From Picochlorum sp. SENEW3 (lineage: Eukaryota): a stretch of 64,000 nt of DNA. The stretch's first letter is position 1. Each line of letters opens with the position of its first letter. The notes beneath the pieces are model-generated. The model ran no database searches, was not told where the DNA came from, and saw nothing but the letters and a program-made list of their open reading frames with translations. Where the stretch lies: NCBI GenBank assembly GCA_034226945.1, contig CP120454.1, positions 620,001 through 684,000 of the forward strand, written 5' to 3'. A program made the translations under genes and the position numbers. Below are positions 22,787 to 34,716 of the stretch, piece by piece.

Positions 22787-23090
22787 AGTAACCTACTATC
22801 GCCAACACTGAATCGATAAAACGCAGAGAACTAAATAACCGACTATTTTTCTGTTGTGCCACCGAATACGATTCTCATGGATACCGTTTGGTTGTCAAAT
22901 GACACGTTATTGGGGTAAAATATATGTTTAAATTGTAATGACCCGAGGGAGTAGGCAAATGCCTTTGGTTCGGATCCATCATGCATGGGCCTGCAGGCCA
23001 ATTGGCCAGCAACATTGTCATGTGTATCAGGGCTCAAGATATCCATGCCATGAATGAGACAGATGTTGTTTTACAACGGGGATAAAACGA

Positions 23091-25443
23091 TTAGGAAGAT
23101 ATTGGGTGCGATTTCGACAATGCGAGCGCTCTCACCTTGTCAGAGAGGGAGGAATCCACACATGATTCTTCGATTTTCAGTTCTTCAATCACCTGTTTGT
23201 GGAGGTCTTCGAGATGTGTTGCATCTTCCTCCTCCAAATATTCTTTCAATGACTGAATAGCCGGTGCTAATGATTTTCCAGGAAGGCTGACGCATGCTTT
23301 CATGTGAGTGAGAATAAGGAGTGGTACTGCTGCTGCCAAGAGGACTGGACCTGCATCTGCTCCCTCTACTTGGGCAGACAGTGTGTCTTTCTGCTGAGCT
23401 GCAAGGCTGGACTCGGTCTTTTTATCAAGCGGCTTTAATCTAATTCCGGATTCTTCTGCTGCCTCGAGAAGCTGCTTTTGGAAATCTTCCATCATAGTTT
23501 GATTGCTTCGCGTGGCACTGACAACATCTGACAGTGCTTTTGAAAGGGCACTTGGGCATTGTTGAATGATGGCATTTCGTTCAGCCTGCTCCAAATGCCT
23601 CTTCACGGAATTCTTTGCACTTATTTCTTCCTCATCGTGCTGTGACATGTCAGCCGAGAGGAAATGGAGCAATGCATCACTGCATGCAGATCCTAGAGTC
23701 TTTATCAGATGGCGCTCAGCAGATGTTCTCTGCACCTCATCCGTCTCAAAGAGCACCTCAACACCTTTGGAGAAGTTTTGAAGAGAACAAAATGTGGTCT
23801 GAAGAAGTGATGTCGCGTGTTCTTTCAGTTCACGGCGGCGAGAGGCTCCTGCTGTGAAAATTTCATTTGCAGCCTTGTCATAGGCAGCTGAGACAACTGG
23901 AAGCATCTTGGCAGCCAGTGCAGATAGGAATTCCTCATGATCTTCCATATCTGGATACATCCTACAAATTGATCCTATCACAAATGCTTTTGACTTGACC
24001 ACACTTGACGCCTCGTCCATCGTCTGCTGCTGCTGCTGTCGCTCAGCCCCTTTGGCCTTTTTCTTGCCCCGTCCTTTTCCCTTCTTCCCCTTACCCATAT
24101 CCCACGAGTCATCGTCCTCCTCAGTCTCCTCCACCGCACTCACCTTTTTGCCCTTTTTCTTTCCTGCCTTGGTAGATTTTCCAGATTCTGGTGGCACCTC
24201 CTTATTCACGGTGCTTGCAACATGTTCCTCTTTGGCACGTTTGGTTGCCTCTTGTCTCAAATTCTCGGAGATGTCCTCAATCATGCTATGAGATATAACA
24301 ATAGTATCGCAGAATATATCTGTATGAGAGAAGATTCCAGATGAGGATGAATCTTTCTGCGCGTGTTGCAAGAGCCCACTCGCATCCTCTGCAGAGAAAT
24401 CAATAGGTACGACATCCAACATATTGCAAAAGCCTTCCTCTTGCACGCGCTCCTCAACATCCGGAATCAGTGAATGAACGAGCTGGGGAGACACATACAC
24501 AGTATCAAGCAAAATTGTATCAGGGTCCATGCCTTTCATGTACGCATCGATTGTATCCGTAACACCATGCTTTTTGGCATACTCTTTGCTCACATAGTGA
24601 TTCTGAGAATAGAACGAACTTACAGCTTCCTGCTGCGCCTGCAAATGTGCATGAGGTATCCAGCTGCCAGAAACAATCTTTCCTTTTAAATTCTCCGCAG
24701 CAATCACCTCGTCAACCAAACCAGGAAAGAATGCTGCCGGGCCTTCCACACCAAAATCCTGTTTCAATACACTGATCTGCACTGGTTGCAGCGCTCCACG
24801 GAGCGCTCCACGAATCTGACATCTGACTCGGGTTATATACGCATCCGTATATAGCACAATACCATCCATTTTACCGTAGATTATAGTCCCTAAAGCCTTT
24901 GTCACCTCGCTAGTTAACATGTCCATTGACAGCCCATGAGACCTGGCAACATCACTCAATGGCAGGACCCCAGCAGACTGCAATTTTTCTTCAATCTCCT
25001 TTGCAAGATCTTTAAAGTATGACAGTGAAAAAATTTCACCCTGTGCCAAGGTAATACGAGAAGAATGCTCTTTCGCCAGCCTCTCAGCAGCTGCTTGGCA
25101 GTGCCCCAAATCCATCCCAAGCAATGCTGGAACATCCACCAAGGCAAGCCTTCCCCCATGTTCCTCCACAATATCACGCAGCTCGGTCACAAGCTTATCC
25201 TTGGTGACATACTCCCTTCCATTTGCTGTGTAAAGCAACTCATTACCGATAAATCCCAGTTCCTTGAGTTTGATTATCAGTTCAACTGTGTTTCTCTCTG
25301 ACAGTGAAATCTGCAAGCAAAGGAAACACATCGATGATGGTCAGCTGTGACATACTGCATTACAACAAATTAACACATACCGATACTTTTTTCTGCTGAA
25401 CAGCCTCCAGGCCACTCAGAAGATCGTCGAGTGAGAGATCCAT
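23091..25443 (-). CDS. UFL1: E3 UFM1-protein ligase 1
   Basis: LSERNTVELIIKL, LLYTANGREYVT, GGRLALVD motifs and central KGKKGK low-complexity region; first exon from ATG 25443. Confidence 0.9.
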
Positions 25444-25691
25444 GACTGGAATTTAGAAATACCAATTACAGCACCCACATCAGCACATACGCCACTATCT
25501 AGCTAGAAATACATATATATCAGATACAAATATACTACCCTGCAGGGTGTCTAATACAGACATCTTGAATCATTGCTGATTCATTTTTGATTGAAAATTC
25601 GATTTAAGAAACGCATCGTCATTCGAATTAGTTCGGGCATTCCTCATCAACGTGGTCATTACTAAAATGATACATATAAATTAATAATGGA

Positions 25692-26723
25692 ATGAAGACT
25701 CGGGGCAAGGGACAAGAGAATCTCTCAACGGCAGAGAGGGCTCTGCAGGAAAAGTTCAAGATAATCAAACAGAGAAGAGCTTTGCAAGTAGGTTTCTCTG
25801 TTCCTCTACACGAAAGACACCGTTATGTGTCTCAAATATATTAACTCAATGCTGCTGTTTATGACGCAACGCATCATAGATATCTTGTTTTGCTGTAGAT
25901 TGACAGAGAAAGGAGAGCCCAGGAACGTCGAGATGCTGACCGATTGGCCAATCCTTTAGACACAATACAAGATGCCGACGCCGCGCGGCAGGAGGCAATT
26001 AGAATTATACGAGCTCGTCGGTTGGCTGCAACACATCACGGCGGGGTGTCGAAACCAGATGGGCAGGGGGCTTTGAAAATAAAGACAAAGATCAAATTGA
26101 CAGTTGGGGGACAGCAGCAGTCCACAGAGGGTTCCAAGGCTAAAGCCGCGTCTGTTCAACGCGAGACAGTTTCACGTGGGGGTGAAGAGAAGAAAAAGGT
26201 GGAGAGGAAGAAGCCACACATTGTCAAGAGGAAGCATCACGTACCATCACAAGAGCAGCAGCAAGAGCAGGAGCAGCAGCAGCCCCTGCCTCCAACCCCT
26301 ACGTTATTCATCAGTAATCTACCAGACTATTATACATCAGACAACATATACGAGTATTTTACGATGGAGTATAATCTGCCGGTAACGGATGTTCGAATCT
26401 ACGAAGGGCATTGTTCGGGACTGGTGACATTTCCCTCTTTCCAAGATGCTCAAGCACTCTTGGACTTCCAGCAGAGCCAACCACTCGTCTTGGAGGATAG
26501 AAACATCATCGTATCATGGGCAAATGCCGAAGACTTGCAGCAACATTACGAGCTACCGGTGGATCCGAGAGCACGGAATCATAGAGCGGCGCATGTGGAA
26601 GAACGAGCGCAGCGTGTTGCCAGTCAGATGAGACAACATGACATTCACCAGCCAGAGATGGGTGATGATGCTGACGACGAAGCTCCCTCTGGAAGACACG
26701 TCGTCTCATATGATGATTTATAA
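25692..26723 (+). CDS. RRM protein with NELF-E-like architecture
   Basis: Exon 25692-25787, intron 25788-25898, exon 2 in frame with ORF 25944..26723; RRM (TLFISNLP...GLVTF), N-terminal LSTAERALQEKFKIIKQRRAL, C-terminal RHVVSYDDL. Confidence 0.7.
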
Positions 26724-26784
26724 GCACTTTTTCTGTTTGTATAGTACATGATTAGAATTGAAAAGAGAATTACAGGACGAGGTA

Positions 26785-27144
26785 TTATCGATGGGATGTT
26801 CCAAACTGGTCAAAAAAACCCTTTTCAATCCCAACAGCAGCCCCCTTCTCTTCAGTGCACGCCTTCTTCTGCATACACTGATCTTTCAACGCTCTACCAT
26901 ATTCATACCTCCTCTTTCGAGCATTCTCCTCGTGCTCTTCATACATGGAATCAATGCGCTGCCATGTTATACACCACTCCTCATCTTCTTCCTGCCTGGC
27001 TCTACTGGCATGGACTTCCTTCTGCCGTCTCTCGTATACTTGTCTCGCCAATCCATCCATATCAATACCAATTTGTCTTTGTTTTTCATTCAGTATCACA
27101 TTCAATCTTTGAGGATCATGCGGCGGAATGATCTTTTTACCCAT
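26785..27144 (-). CDS. Short RIB43A-like protein (119 aa)
   Basis: N-terminal ILNEKQRQIGIDMDGLARQVYER and C-terminal FFDQFGTSHR match the conserved ends of RIB43A/RIBC proteins. Confidence 0.65.
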   Translation of the reverse strand: MGKKIIPPHDPQRLNVILNEKQRQIGIDMDGLARQVYERRQKEVHASRARQEEDEEWCITWQRIDSMYEEHEENARKRRYEYGRALKDQCMQKKACTEEKGAAVGIEKGFFDQFGTSHR

Positions 27145-27558
27145 GTCTGAGCACACAATACCTTGTACGTGTGTGGCAACTGACACACGTCAAAAACCCC
27201 GTCTTGGAACCAGTATCAACCACACACTAGTACGTATCAAATTATACAATATCATCTGTGTACTGATGTATATTCCCTCGAGTAATTGAATTTCCCAAGG
27301 GTTTGATAAAATCGATGTATTGTGCTCCTTCCCATGCATATGCAGCATGAAGCACATCACATGCAAATGCATGTTGTCAAGCGAAGAGCACTCCTAGTTT
27401 TTTATTACAGACAATGTTATATATTTCAAATATATACCTGCTACTAATAGATAAACGTGTTTGAATCATTCCGTGTGCTATGTCGTCACCACAAGAGCAG
27501 TCGTATGAAACTGTGACGATACACATGAACTACCGGTAATCATGTTCTGAACAACATT

Positions 27559-28008
27559 ATGTACTTTTATCAAGCTAGAATCTGTTCTGGGCGCATTACA
27601 GGTGGGCTCCGTACAGCATGCGTCCAAGTCCCTCAACGCCCGAGACATAAGACAGAGCCTTGTTCAGCGTGCCTCTTCCGGCGACAGTGCTCACATCGGA
27701 TGGTCATGTCGCTCACTGCGGCAAAATGTACCCATGCAGTGTTGCGAAGAGCAATGGCGTCGAGTCTTGTGGTACTTGTCTGCCTCAACAACCTCTTTTG
27801 TTTTGTTGTGGCAGCAGAACCCACCGATGCAGGAGCACAGGCGTCGTCCCAAGACCACGTGAGCAGTGTCGTTAGATCTAAAAAGGCTCACATCACAAGT
27901 GACAAAGAGCCTGAGAAACGAGACATGGAGGAGCGAGAACTTCTCAAGAAGGAAAACCTTGAAAGAACACAGTCTCTTGTCCGAGACATGTGGCAATCTC
28001 TGGAATGA
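27559..28008 (+). CDS. Small hypothetical protein
   Basis: 149-aa ORF with a hydrophobic stretch then a charged tail; stop lies 18 bp from the convergent QCR10 stop, as in other gene pairs here. Confidence 0.3.
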   Translation: MYFYQARICSGRITGGLRTACVQVPQRPRHKTEPCSACLFRRQCSHRMVMSLTAAKCTHAVLRRAMASSLVVLVCLNNLFCFVVAAEPTDAGAQASSQDHVSSVVRSKKAHITSDKEPEKRDMEERELLKKENLERTQSLVRDMWQSLE

Positions 28009-28026
28009 TACTATGTTACATGTACA

Positions 28027-28330
28027 CTACGATTCTTGATCATCTCTTTCAGTATTGTCAAACAGGCTTTTAATGTAATCAAAAGGCTGTGTCATCCACA
28101 GGGCTGTCACAGCTGCAGTGGTACCCCAAAAGACACCAGACTGGACGTTGTTTGGAGTGATGAATTTCTTCAGTGTGCTCTGCATACAAACAAATGGTTA
28201 ATACTAATGGTATTGAACATGGTACATCATGGGTTCGAGCGACATCCAGGTGGGGTTCGAGAATGAACGATTTATGGATTCCCTTGAGAATATAACACAC
28301 ACGTACAGGGATGATGCCTGTCTGAGTCAT
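28027..28330 (-). CDS. QCR10: Cytochrome bc1 complex 6.7-kDa subunit (QCR10-like), 58 aa
   Basis: Exons 28307-28330 and 28027-28179 give MTQTGIIPSTLKKFITPNNVQSGVFWGTTAAVTALWMTQPFDYIKSLF..., matching the plant WG...A.W..QPF..IK pattern; not in the ORF track. Confidence 0.78.
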
Positions 28331-28661
28331 TTTGTCACGCAAAAGAAATAAATAAATCGAATGTAATGCAATATGAGGCAGATACGCGTGTAGATTGGAT
28401 AAGGGCCATCGTGGTCTTAGATGGTCATCTACAGTCTGCAGACTACTGGACTGGCCAATCTACAAGTTGGCCCAAACAGCATCAATATTACATGGATCTG
28501 CTTAGAAAGACGTGAATGATGTGCATCCGTTGAATCGAGACGCATAGAATCATGGGCAAACACTCTGTTATGCGTATCGTGGGCTCCCCCTCAGTCACCA
28601 AGCTTGGCCAGGAGGAGCATGAATACAATGTCAGTATACATTTCCAATGCGGCGATATGGT

Positions 28662-28677
28662 GGTGTTGAATAACACC
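28662..28677 (-). terminator. Histone 3' stem-loop (H2B)
   Basis: GGTGTT-ATTC-AACACC followed by ACCAT, 42 nt after the stop. Confidence 0.85.
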
Positions 28678-28719
28678 AGTTGATTGTTTTTAAGAGTACT
28701 ATGCTCATCAGCCATGCGC

Positions 28720-29144
28720 TTAGGCAGAGGTGAACTTGGTCACAGCCTTGGTTCCCTCAGACACGGCATGCTTTGCAAGCTCTCCTGGGAGGACCAAGCG
28801 CACAGCGGTCTGGATTTCGCGGGATGTCAAGGTTGGCTTCTTGTTGACACGAGACAACTGCATCAGATGTATATCATACACGTATGTCAGAGGACTGTTG
28901 GGTTGAGAATGTCATTTATGTGAAATCTTCCTTCACCTACCTGAGCAGCCTGGGAGGCAATCTTCTCGAACTGGTCAGCAATGAAAGAGTTCAAGATGGC
29001 CATGGCCTTGGAAGAGATTCCAGTGTCTGGGTGCACCTGCTTGAGCACCTTGAAGATGTAGAGCTTGTAGCTCTCCACTGACTTCTTGGCCTTCTTTCCG
29101 TCCTTCACGGTCTTTCCTGGTTTCTTAGCAGATGTTGGAGCCAT
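28720..29144 (-). CDS. H2B: Histone H2B (one 83-bp intron, 28858-28940)
   Basis: [23 protein letters not shown]...; exon 2 [45 protein letters not shown]. Confidence 0.96.
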
Positions 29145-29471
29145 TGTTGTTGATAGTAGTTGTGATTCACTGAGTGATTACAAAATTATTTGTTATGCGT
29201 AGACGTGGTTGCGTCCTCAAGTTTCCTAGAATGCCGAGAGCGGTCATGGAATGGAGGAACGCGTCAGCGCCCGGGATGACCATAGACCCAGATATGTCAC
29301 ATATCTGGTTGGACCCCACTCCCGGTCTCCGAGGCCTTGTTCGCATGCAATCGTCTCGAGGTCTGGTTACAAATTCGTTGCAACTCCCGGCCGTTGGATA
29401 CTATAAAACAAATAATCTCCAACACTTCTGTGTGTTTATCTATCAACTGCTACTCAAAACAACGCAACATC

Positions 29472-29846
29472 ATGTCTGGACGTGGAAAAGGAAAGTCTTC
29501 TGGCAAGAAGTCTATGACCAAGTCAGCCAAGGCTGGGCTTCAGTTCCCAGTTGGTCGTGTGGCCAGATACCTCAAGAAGGGACGCTATGCTGAGAGAATT
29601 GGAGCTGGTGCCCCAGTGTACCTTGCTGCCGTCCTCGAGTACTTGGCTGCTGAGGTTCTCGAGCTCGCAGGTAATGCTGCTCGTGACAACAAGAAGACCA
29701 GAATTGTGCCAAGGCACATTCAGCTTGCTGTCAGAAACGATGAGGAGTTGAGCAAGCTCTTGGCTGGTGTCACCATTGCCGAGGGAGGTGTGTTGCCGAA
29801 CATCCACGCCGTTCTTCTCCCAAAGAAGAGTGGAAAGAAGGAGTAA
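29472..29846 (+). CDS. H2A: Histone H2A
   Basis: [12 protein letters not shown]...[13 protein letters not shown]...IPRH-like canonical H2A sequence. Confidence 0.98.
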   Translation: MSGRGKGKSSGKKSMTKSAKAGLQFPVGRVARYLKKGRYAERIGAGAPVYLAAVLEYLAAEVLELAGNAARDNKKTRIVPRHIQLAVRNDEELSKLLAGVTIAEGGVLPNIHAVLLPKKSGKKE

Positions 29847-29890
29847 ATCCTGCTGCTGCTTGCATACAACAACAATTCAAACAATCAACT

Positions 29891-29906
29891 GGTGTTATTC
29901 AACACC
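29891..29906 (+). terminator. Histone 3' stem-loop (H2A)
   Basis: GGTGTT-ATTC-AACACC-ACCAT. Confidence 0.85.
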
Positions 29907-30126
29907 ACCATACTATGATGGAAATACTGTCATCTCTTAGAGATGATCTCTGCAATACTGTGGATGCTCACTTGGAGCAACACCACAAAAGAAAGGAAAA
30001 CATACCATACATACACTTCATGTACATCTGAATATTTTACAACAAGGTTTCTGCTATCATGACGAGTGAGTCATCCATTCATTCAGGTGTGTCAAAAAGC
30101 ACAAGTTTCCAAAAATAATACATGGT

Positions 30127-30142
30127 GGTGTTGAATAACACC
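30127..30142 (-). terminator. Histone 3' stem-loop (H3)
   Basis: GGTGTT-ATTC-AACACC-ACCAT on the minus strand. Confidence 0.85.
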
Positions 30143-30238
30143 AGTTTAAATGTAATTTGTCAAAGTCAGTAGTCTCTCTCTGGCATAATCAGCAGCAGAC
30201 TGTCAATCTCCACCTCCAGAAGAAAAGAAGAGAAAAGC

Positions 30239-30661
<423 letters not shown>

Positions 30662-30762
30662 TTAAGGTTGAAATAGTATTTGATACTGCCGAATCGGGAG
30701 ACGGGGCCGGTTTATATGGACAACGGAGACCTCAATGAAAATAGGCGCGATTGGGCGGATTC

Positions 30763-30856
30763 ATGTATCTGGGTATGAGGAAAATAAGTGCGCTCAGGGT
30801 ATCTGCCAATATTGCGGACCTACATCTGTTCACAATATCCTCATACCCGGATACAT
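30763..30856. promoter_or_regulatory. Inverted repeat pair in the divergent H3/H4 promoter
   Basis: ATGTATCTGGGTATGAGGA (30763-30781) and TCCTCATACCCGGATACAT (30838-30856), 18/19 complementary. Confidence 0.6.
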
Positions 30857-30936
30857 AAACTGGTTGACCCTGGACATCAGATGTCCTGTTTCAGGAGCAA
30901 TATTCAGTTGAGATGAGCTCCTCCAGTCAGTCATAA

Positions 30937-31305
<369 letters not shown>

Positions 31306-31363
31306 GCGTCTCCGAGGCTTGTCCGTGCGAGTGCATTCTGCTCGACTCAATATTTCAACTACT

Positions 31364-31380
31364 GGTGTTTATTCAACACC
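31364..31380 (+). terminator. Histone 3' stem-loop (H4; one extra T)
   Basis: GGTGTT-TATTC-AACACC-ACCAT. Confidence 0.8.
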
Positions 31381-31510
31381 ACCATATGTTTCCGGGAAAT
31401 TTGTCACCTAGGGAAATACCTGTCATATTTAGCATGGCATGCCCATGTTTGTACGCTTTGATGGATACGATCACCAGAATTCTTGGACAAGCCAGGTGTC
31501 CAAGGAGCAA

Positions 31511-31885
31511 CTAGTGCTTTGCACAATCTTCTTCCTGCTGCTGCTGCCCACTTGTCCGAACACAGTCTGGAGCAGGAGCTGTCCGAGGCAAATGGTTCCG
31601 ATCGTACAAGAGGGAATTCGCGACATATTCATCATCCTCGTGATTCTTCCTGTCGGCATACTCACTCCACCAGCTGCATCAGACATCGTTCCACGTGTCA
31701 CTGGCAGTGTCGGTGAGAACAACTCAAACGCCTTGACGTGTCACATACCGTTTCAGCGACTCCTCATACGCCTTCTTTTTATCTTCTACATTTCCATAAA
31801 TTGCTTTAAGAGCCTCTTGGCTGAGAGACTCGTCATGCTTGCTCCCTTGTTCCGATTCTTTGGACGGACACGGAATTGGAGTCAT
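31511..31885 (-). CDS. Small unknown protein (about 100 aa, one intron)
   Basis: Manual model MTPIPCPSKES...AYEESLKR-WWSEYADRKNHEDDEYVANSLLYDR...CAKH* with a GTATGT...GCAG intron. Confidence 0.4.
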
Positions 31886-32343
31886 GGTCAAGTTTCTCGG
31901 GTAGAGAACACTACGTATATATTTGCTTGAACTTTGTTTCAGTAATGAAATACTTGAGTATTTACAATGATTTTGTGCGGCTATTTGGGCATGTTCTAGT
32001 CCTGGTCACATAGAGGCTTTGAGGGGTCGAACGAGCCTTTGGACCGGTTCGCCTCATGATCACGGGGTGCAAATACATTGGCACGTTAATGTGTCAAAAC
32101 ACTTGGATATATATCCGTATCTGGATTCACTATTGTTTCTAGAGAGTCATTAGATGTGTTGGAGAGGGGATTTATCGAGTTCTTCAATTTCAAACTGCTT
32201 GCTATGCCGCGACACTACACTGCACGTACAACTGCAATTTGCGGGCCACTAATCGCGGCACCAGAGCCGCGGCATGTGTAAAGAGATATTATTTGCCACA
32301 AAAAACACGATCTCAGTGTTCAATTTTCCAGTATTTTTTCGAT

Positions 32344-34716
32344 ATGTCTGATATATCTGAGTCGATTCAACAAAGCCCCGAGGCTTCTGAGAAGAAGGCA
32401 AGAAGCGTATCTCTGGCCGTTTACTTGATAACAGTTGGCGGTATCGTGGTGATAGCACTCGGTCTTGGTCTTGGTCTTGGTTTAGGATTAAAAGATAATG
32501 ATAAAGATGCGAGTTTTGATGAGAATGCTGAGAGTCTTGCGTTCATGACGTCCGACGCGACGTTGCCAGCACGTCTTTGGTCTGGAAACGCTGGTGTGTT
32601 TGGTGGATATAGTCCTGCTGATATCCCCGGAGGTTTGTCAACCGAAACCATGCTATCCCTATATGGTAAAGATGCACTTGAGAGAGCAACAAGATGGGCC
32701 AAAGAGGGTAAAGCTTTGTGGTGTAGCACTGCAGCAGACCCTGATGCTGATCCTCCCCTGGCTGGTGTTTTTCCATTTGTATCACCGCCAACGCAAAGCA
32801 CCAATTGGCCGGGTGCGTGTCCTAATTCGAACGAAGCACAGGCGTTGTTTAATAAAGGCTTAGGTTGGAGGATGCTTTTTAACGACAATGAAGCGACTTG
32901 TGCGTTTCAAGCTGCGTCTAGAGTTGATCCAACATGCAGTATGGCTTTCTTAGGAGCGGCTCTGGCTATGGGTCCAAATGTGAATTATGCTTTCATTACT
33001 TCGGATAGAGTATATCGATTGATATTAGAATCTTTGAATGGCGGTCTTGCTGCTCTCAACAGCGGTACAAAGCAGTCGGCATTGGCTGAAGCAGTGTATG
33101 CTGCACTGAGTCAAAGGTACTGCGTTCCAACCAAAGAGGCCCTCGATGAAGCCCTGGCTCTACCTGTCAGGGACTCATTTGAAAGATATAACAACCAATC
33201 TGCGTCTTGCAATGTTGAGTACGCAAACACAGTGTCCGCATTGGCTGAGGAGATTCCACAGGATCCAAACATTGCAGCACTGGCTGCTGGGGCGCTTATG
33301 CAGTTGCCAGCATGGCAGTGGTGGAGTATTGGTTCCACGTACGCGGGAGACTTGGTGAACGTGTCCTCAGCAGCGGGCGAAAATAATTTGACGAGTATTG
33401 GGCTGGCTAGTGGATTAGTTGAAAGGAATGCTTCTATAGCAAATGCAATTCTCCAGAGAGGGCTTCAGGTCCAACCAAAGCATTTGGGCATTCTTCATTA
33501 CATGATTCATAACTTGGAAGCATCTCCTCAGCCAACATGGGCTTTATCCGTGGCAACTGATTTGTATGATGAAGGTGGGTCGACACAGGGTCACGCTGCG
33601 CACATGAAGACTCACATGGATATGAGGGTTGGGGATTATGAACAAGCAATTCTAGGGAATTGGGTGGCGCAAAATGACGATGCTTGGTGGAATTTGAACA
33701 GGACCGGCGGTGGCATCATGTCTGTTCTATACAAATATGTTCCTCATAATACTGCGTTCATTGCTGAAGCAGCACAGCACGGAGCAAACTGGAAGAATTT
33801 GGCAGCATCCCTGACATTTTTGGGTTATGCTGCTGGGAATCCAATGCTTGCCGATGAGTCGATGCAATCTCTTGGACAGTATTTAACAAGGCAATTCTTA
33901 CAACCGCTAAGGTTTGGAATGTATGAGCAAGTTCTAGCAGGTAGTGACTTGGTTGAAGGTGTTGGTGTGAATGCATCCATTAAAATCACGTTGCCTGATG
34001 GCACAACAGGGAAGTCTCCATGCGATGACTGCTGGAGTGGACTCACTCTTGCAAAATCTATTGCGCTTTCCCGACTTGGTAGACCCCAGGAAGCCAATAA
34101 CCAGCTTGCTCAGTTGATCCAGTACAGCTCCCCATATGGTTGTGGCAATGATATTGTTTCAAAGGCTGTCCCAGATGCCTGCAACCCTGAAAATATTGCC
34201 GCATCTCCAGTCAATAGTGCAATAGAGATCTCGCGCTACTGGAACAGTACCATTGTTGCATCAAGAAAGACTACAAATGATTTGAACTCCTCCAGTGCCT
34301 CTGGAACCCTTACAATCAACAATTTGAATCCGATTGCAATGATCTATATGCTTTTACCATCCGCAGAACTAAAAGGCGCAGAAGGAGATATTGATGAAGA
34401 GATAGTTCTTTTAAGATATGCCCTTGAAGCGCAAAGCCAGCTGCAATATGACGAACCCTCTCCATTCTTCTATCAGATTCAAGAGACACTTGCTGGAGCA
34501 CTCATGCAGCGAGGAGAGCCCCAGGATTTGGAAGAAGCCATCAATGCTCTTCGATCCGAATTGTTTGCATGGCCAAGGAGTAGCCTTGCAACACTTGGAC
34601 TTGCCCAGGCCCTGCAGCTGAGTAATACCACTGCAGAGAACTCTGCTGGCATTGAAATCATGCTTCAAGAGGCTCTCACAATGAATGACACAGTGTTGGA
34701 TACCTCTTGGCTCTAA
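32344..34716 (+). CDS. Membrane-anchored TPR-like protein of a family typical of bacteria and fungi
   Basis: Intronless, about 790 aa; N-terminal TM; motifs AQALFNKGL..F N..EA..AF..DP.C.MA..G.A.A.GPN.N, HLGILHYMIH..EAS, GHAAHM..H...RVGDY, YDEP. Confidence 0.75.
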   Translation: MSDISESIQQSPEASEKKARSVSLAVYLITVGGIVVIALGLGLGLGLGLKDNDKDASFDENAESLAFMTSDATLPARLWSGNAGVFGGYSPADIPGGLSTETMLSLYGKDALERATRWAKEGKALWCSTAADPDADPPLAGVFPFVSPPTQSTNWPGACPNSNEAQALFNKGLGWRMLFNDNEATCAFQAASRVDPTCSMAFLGAALAMGPNVNYAFITSDRVYRLILESLNGGLAALNSGTKQSALAEAVYAALSQRYCVPTKEALDEALALPVRDSFERYNNQSASCNVEYANTVSALAEEIPQDPNIAALAAGALMQLPAWQWWSIGSTYAGDLVNVSSAAGENNLTSIGLASGLVERNASIANAILQRGLQVQPKHLGILHYMIHNLEASPQPTWALSVATDLYDEGGSTQGHAAHMKTHMDMRVGDYEQAILGNWVAQNDDAWWNLNRTGGGIMSVLYKYVPHNTAFIAEAAQHGANWKNLAASLTFLGYAAGNPMLADESMQSLGQYLTRQFLQPLRFGMYEQVLAGSDLVEGVGVNASIKITLPDGTTGKSPCDDCWSGLTLAKSIALSRLGRPQEANNQLAQLIQYSSPYGCGNDIVSKAVPDACNPENIAASPVNSAIEISRYWNSTIVASRKTTNDLNSSSASGTLTINNLNPIAMIYMLLPSAELKGAEGDIDEEIVLLRYALEAQSQLQYDEPSPFFYQIQETLAGALMQRGEPQDLEEAINALRSELFAWPRSSLATLGLAQALQLSNTTAENSAGIEIMLQEALTMNDTVLDTSWL

